Below, one piece after another: positions 62,274 to 64,000 of a stretch of 64,000 bases of DNA (the first letter of the stretch is position 1; every line of letters starts with the position of its first letter). The position numbers and the translations under genes are program-made. The DNA comes from Candidatus Enterousia sp. (GTDB lineage: Bacteria > Pseudomonadota > Alphaproteobacteria > Rs-D84): positions 50,422 to 114,421 of the forward strand of contig JAZQTD010000030.1 in NCBI GenBank assembly GCA_045630455.1, given 5' to 3'. The notes under the pieces are model-generated. The model was not told the DNA's origin. It saw only the letters and a list, made by a program, of their open reading frames with translations, and made no database searches.

Positions 62274-63188
62274 ATGGAAGAACTGGTCCAAGAATTTTTA
62301 GAATATCTGACCGATACCAAGGGCTATTCGGTACACACCGTGACGGCGTATGAAATGGATGTTCGGGAATTTTTGGACTTTTTATCCAGGTTTAATGGTG
62401 GTGAAATTCAGATTAACGATTTAGCCCGCGCAGATACTATTTGTTTTCGGTCGTATTTGGCCGACCGCCAGCGGCGCGGATTGTCACATAAATCTACGGC
62501 GCGCGCGCTGTCTTCGTTGCGTGGTTTTTACAAATTTATAGCAAACAAGCACGATATAAAAAATGATGCGATTGGATTGATTTCTTCGCCAAAAATCCCA
62601 CGCAAGTTATCTAAGGCAATCGATGCCAGTGATGTTTCAGATATGCAAGGCGCAATTCGTGCAACAAATGCGAAAAATCCATGGGTGGCGGCGCGTGACT
62701 GGGCATTGGTGGTGCTGTTGTTTGGATGCGGGTTGCGTATATCAGAGGCGTTGGGGCTGCGTAATCGTGATGTGATGGGGCGGCCAGATATCTTGCGCAT
62801 TGTTGGTAAAGGAAACAAAGAACGCTTGGTGCCGGTGTTGCCGGCGGTGTGGGATGCGATGGATAAATATTTGGCGGTGCATCCATTTGAAAAACATCCG
62901 GACGAGTCGTTGTTTCGCAGTGTGCGCGGATTGCCGATGACACCACGTATGGCGGAAAAGGTTGTTGAAAATTTGCGTAATTATTTACAATTGCCCGACT
63001 ATGTGACCCCACACGCATTGCGACATACGTTTGCAACAGCGTTGTTGGCTGGTGGTGCAGATTTGCGCAGTTTGCAAGAATTGCTGGGGCATTCCTCGTT
63101 GGCCGCGACCCAATTATATACACGCGTAAATATGGCGGATATTTCAAACATATATGCGAACGCCCACCCGCGTGCGAATAACGATTAA
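62274..63188 (+). CDS. xerC: tyrosine recombinase XerC (Xer family)
   Basis: 304 aa. Reads GYSVHTVTAYEMDVREFLDF, GCGLRISEALGL, HALRHTFATALL, LQELLGHSSLAATQLYTRV, ...YANAHPRA. The tail looks more XerC-like than XerD-like. Confidence 0.75.
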   Translation: MEELVQEFLEYLTDTKGYSVHTVTAYEMDVREFLDFLSRFNGGEIQINDLARADTICFRSYLADRQRRGLSHKSTARALSSLRGFYKFIANKHDIKNDAIGLISSPKIPRKLSKAIDASDVSDMQGAIRATNAKNPWVAARDWALVVLLFGCGLRISEALGLRNRDVMGRPDILRIVGKGNKERLVPVLPAVWDAMDKYLAVHPFEKHPDESLFRSVRGLPMTPRMAEKVVENLRNYLQLPDYVTPHALRHTFATALLAGGADLRSLQELLGHSSLAATQLYTRVNMADISNIYANAHPRANND

Positions 63189-63215
63189 AAATCCCCCAAA
63201 CGGGGGATTTTATTT
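63187..63215. terminator. bidirectional intrinsic terminator
   Basis: AAAAATCCCCCAAACGGGGGATTTTATTTTT. The hairpin is identical to the one at 14630-14657. Confidence 0.65.
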
Positions 63216-63629
63216 TTGTTTCATAAGCATTTCTGCTTGTTTATTAGCGGTTAGATTTTGATGAATCTTGAATATATTTAGATGAAGAAAGTTGTCATTG
63301 TCAAAAGATATTACTATCTGGTCACCTTCCCGTGGCATCGGAGTTTTGCTATTGTCTAATTGTGAAGATCTAAATTGAATGGTTTGACCATCTTTTGTTA
63401 CGCAGTTTAATTCGTAATATGTACCATTTTTGCTTGTGTATGGTGTGACACGAAAAACCTTTACTGTATCAATGCCAGGAATTATACTTTTCGTTGTTTC
63501 ATACTCTTTTTTCTCGACCGTTTTAGATATACAACGAGCCGTACCCATCATCATCATACCAAGAATTGTCAGCTTGATAAATATTTTGGTGTTATATGCG
63601 AACTTGTCCGCGAAATCGTTTATGTTCAT
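63210..63629 (-). CDS. hypothetical membrane-anchored protein
   Basis: 139-aa ORF with one N-terminal hydrophobic segment. No motif recognised. Confidence 0.45.
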   Translation of the reverse strand: MNINDFADKFAYNTKIFIKLTILGMMMMGTARCISKTVEKKEYETTKSIIPGIDTVKVFRVTPYTSKNGTYYELNCVTKDGQTIQFRSSQLDNSKTPMPREGDQIVISFDNDNFLHLNIFKIHQNLTANKQAEMLMKQK

Positions 63630-63643
63630 TGGGTTTCCCTATT

Positions 63644-64000
63644 TTAAGAAATTTTTTCAACACGTCTGATGCGGCGTTCGATTGCGTCAAATGGGCTTTC
63701 CAAGAATGCCTGGACACATAAAAATGCCATTTCAATATCGATATCATCGGCCGCCAATGCCAGAACATTTGTGTCATCGTGAAAACGGTCGTCACGTGCC
63801 TGGTCTGGGCGGTCGCAACGTGATGCGCGAATGTGGCGATATCGGTTCGCGGCAATCATTATACCCGCCCCCGTGCCACAAATAATAATACCACGTGATT
63901 TTTCATCGTCTAACATTGCGTCGGCTAGTGTCGCTGCAACGTCTGGATAGTCTGCAGATGTGTTTGGGTCGTCAACGCCCAGATTTACAACGTTATAGCC
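63644..64000 (-). CDS. rpiB: ribose-5-phosphate isomerase B (partial; N-terminus beyond the window end)
   Basis: The frame is open to position 64000. Reads ...GYNVVNLGVDDPNTSADYPDVA...SRGIIICGTGAGIMIAANRYRHIRA...HDDTNVLAL, the RpiB/LacAB signature. Confidence 0.85.
   Translation of the reverse strand, partial: GYNVVNLGVDDPNTSADYPDVAATLADAMLDDEKSRGIIICGTGAGIMIAANRYRHIRASRCDRPDQARDDRFHDDTNVLALAADDIDIEMAFLCVQAFLESPFDAIERRIRRVEKIS

Overview
This is a 64-kb chromosomal window from a Gram-negative bacterium. CarD/CdnL, a BamE-like lipoprotein, autotransporters and TlyA suggest an alphaproteobacterium, and PFOR suggests an anaerobic or microaerophilic lifestyle. That taxonomic guess is inference only.

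The backbone is housekeeping: clpP-clpX, nifJ (PFOR), carD, eno, ssb, rho, argS, rnhA, tkt, hisS, prfA, aroK, mscL, tlyA, leuS, trpS, xerC and rpiB. It also carries a 1766-aa autotransporter, tRNA-Pro(UGG), several secreted Cys-rich proteins and many hairpin/T-run terminators.

The main accessory feature is a roughly 17.3-kb integrative island at 25519-42809. It sits inside the anticodon loop of a host tRNA-Arg(UCU) gene, with the 5' half at 25478-25518 and the 3' half at 42810-42856, flanked by an 11-bp direct repeat.
- The island does not regenerate the split tRNA. It carries its own intact, divergent tRNA-Arg(UCU).
- It encodes a P4-like tyrosine integrase, an AlpA/Xis-like HTH protein, an NYN RNase and a serine recombinase.
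- Its cargo is defence-like: an HNH-like protein, an RM-like module (two adenine-MTase-like ORFs plus a GIY-YIG/T5orf172-SF2 helicase fusion), an unrecognisable 227-aa + 960-aa gene pair, and a DUF5677/AbiV-like gene.
- Directly downstream are two 152-bp tandem units, each ending in the last 19 nt of the tRNA.

Other points worth a second look:
- a promoter-to-terminator structured leader with explicit antiterminator logic at 25147-25413;
- a spanin-like overlapping gene pair after rho;
- a roughly 1.1-kb ORF-free, strongly G+T-skewed segment bounded by a 23-nt direct repeat at 54.4-55.5 kb;
- an ACP-domain fusion protein.

I saw no rRNA genes and no CRISPR array.
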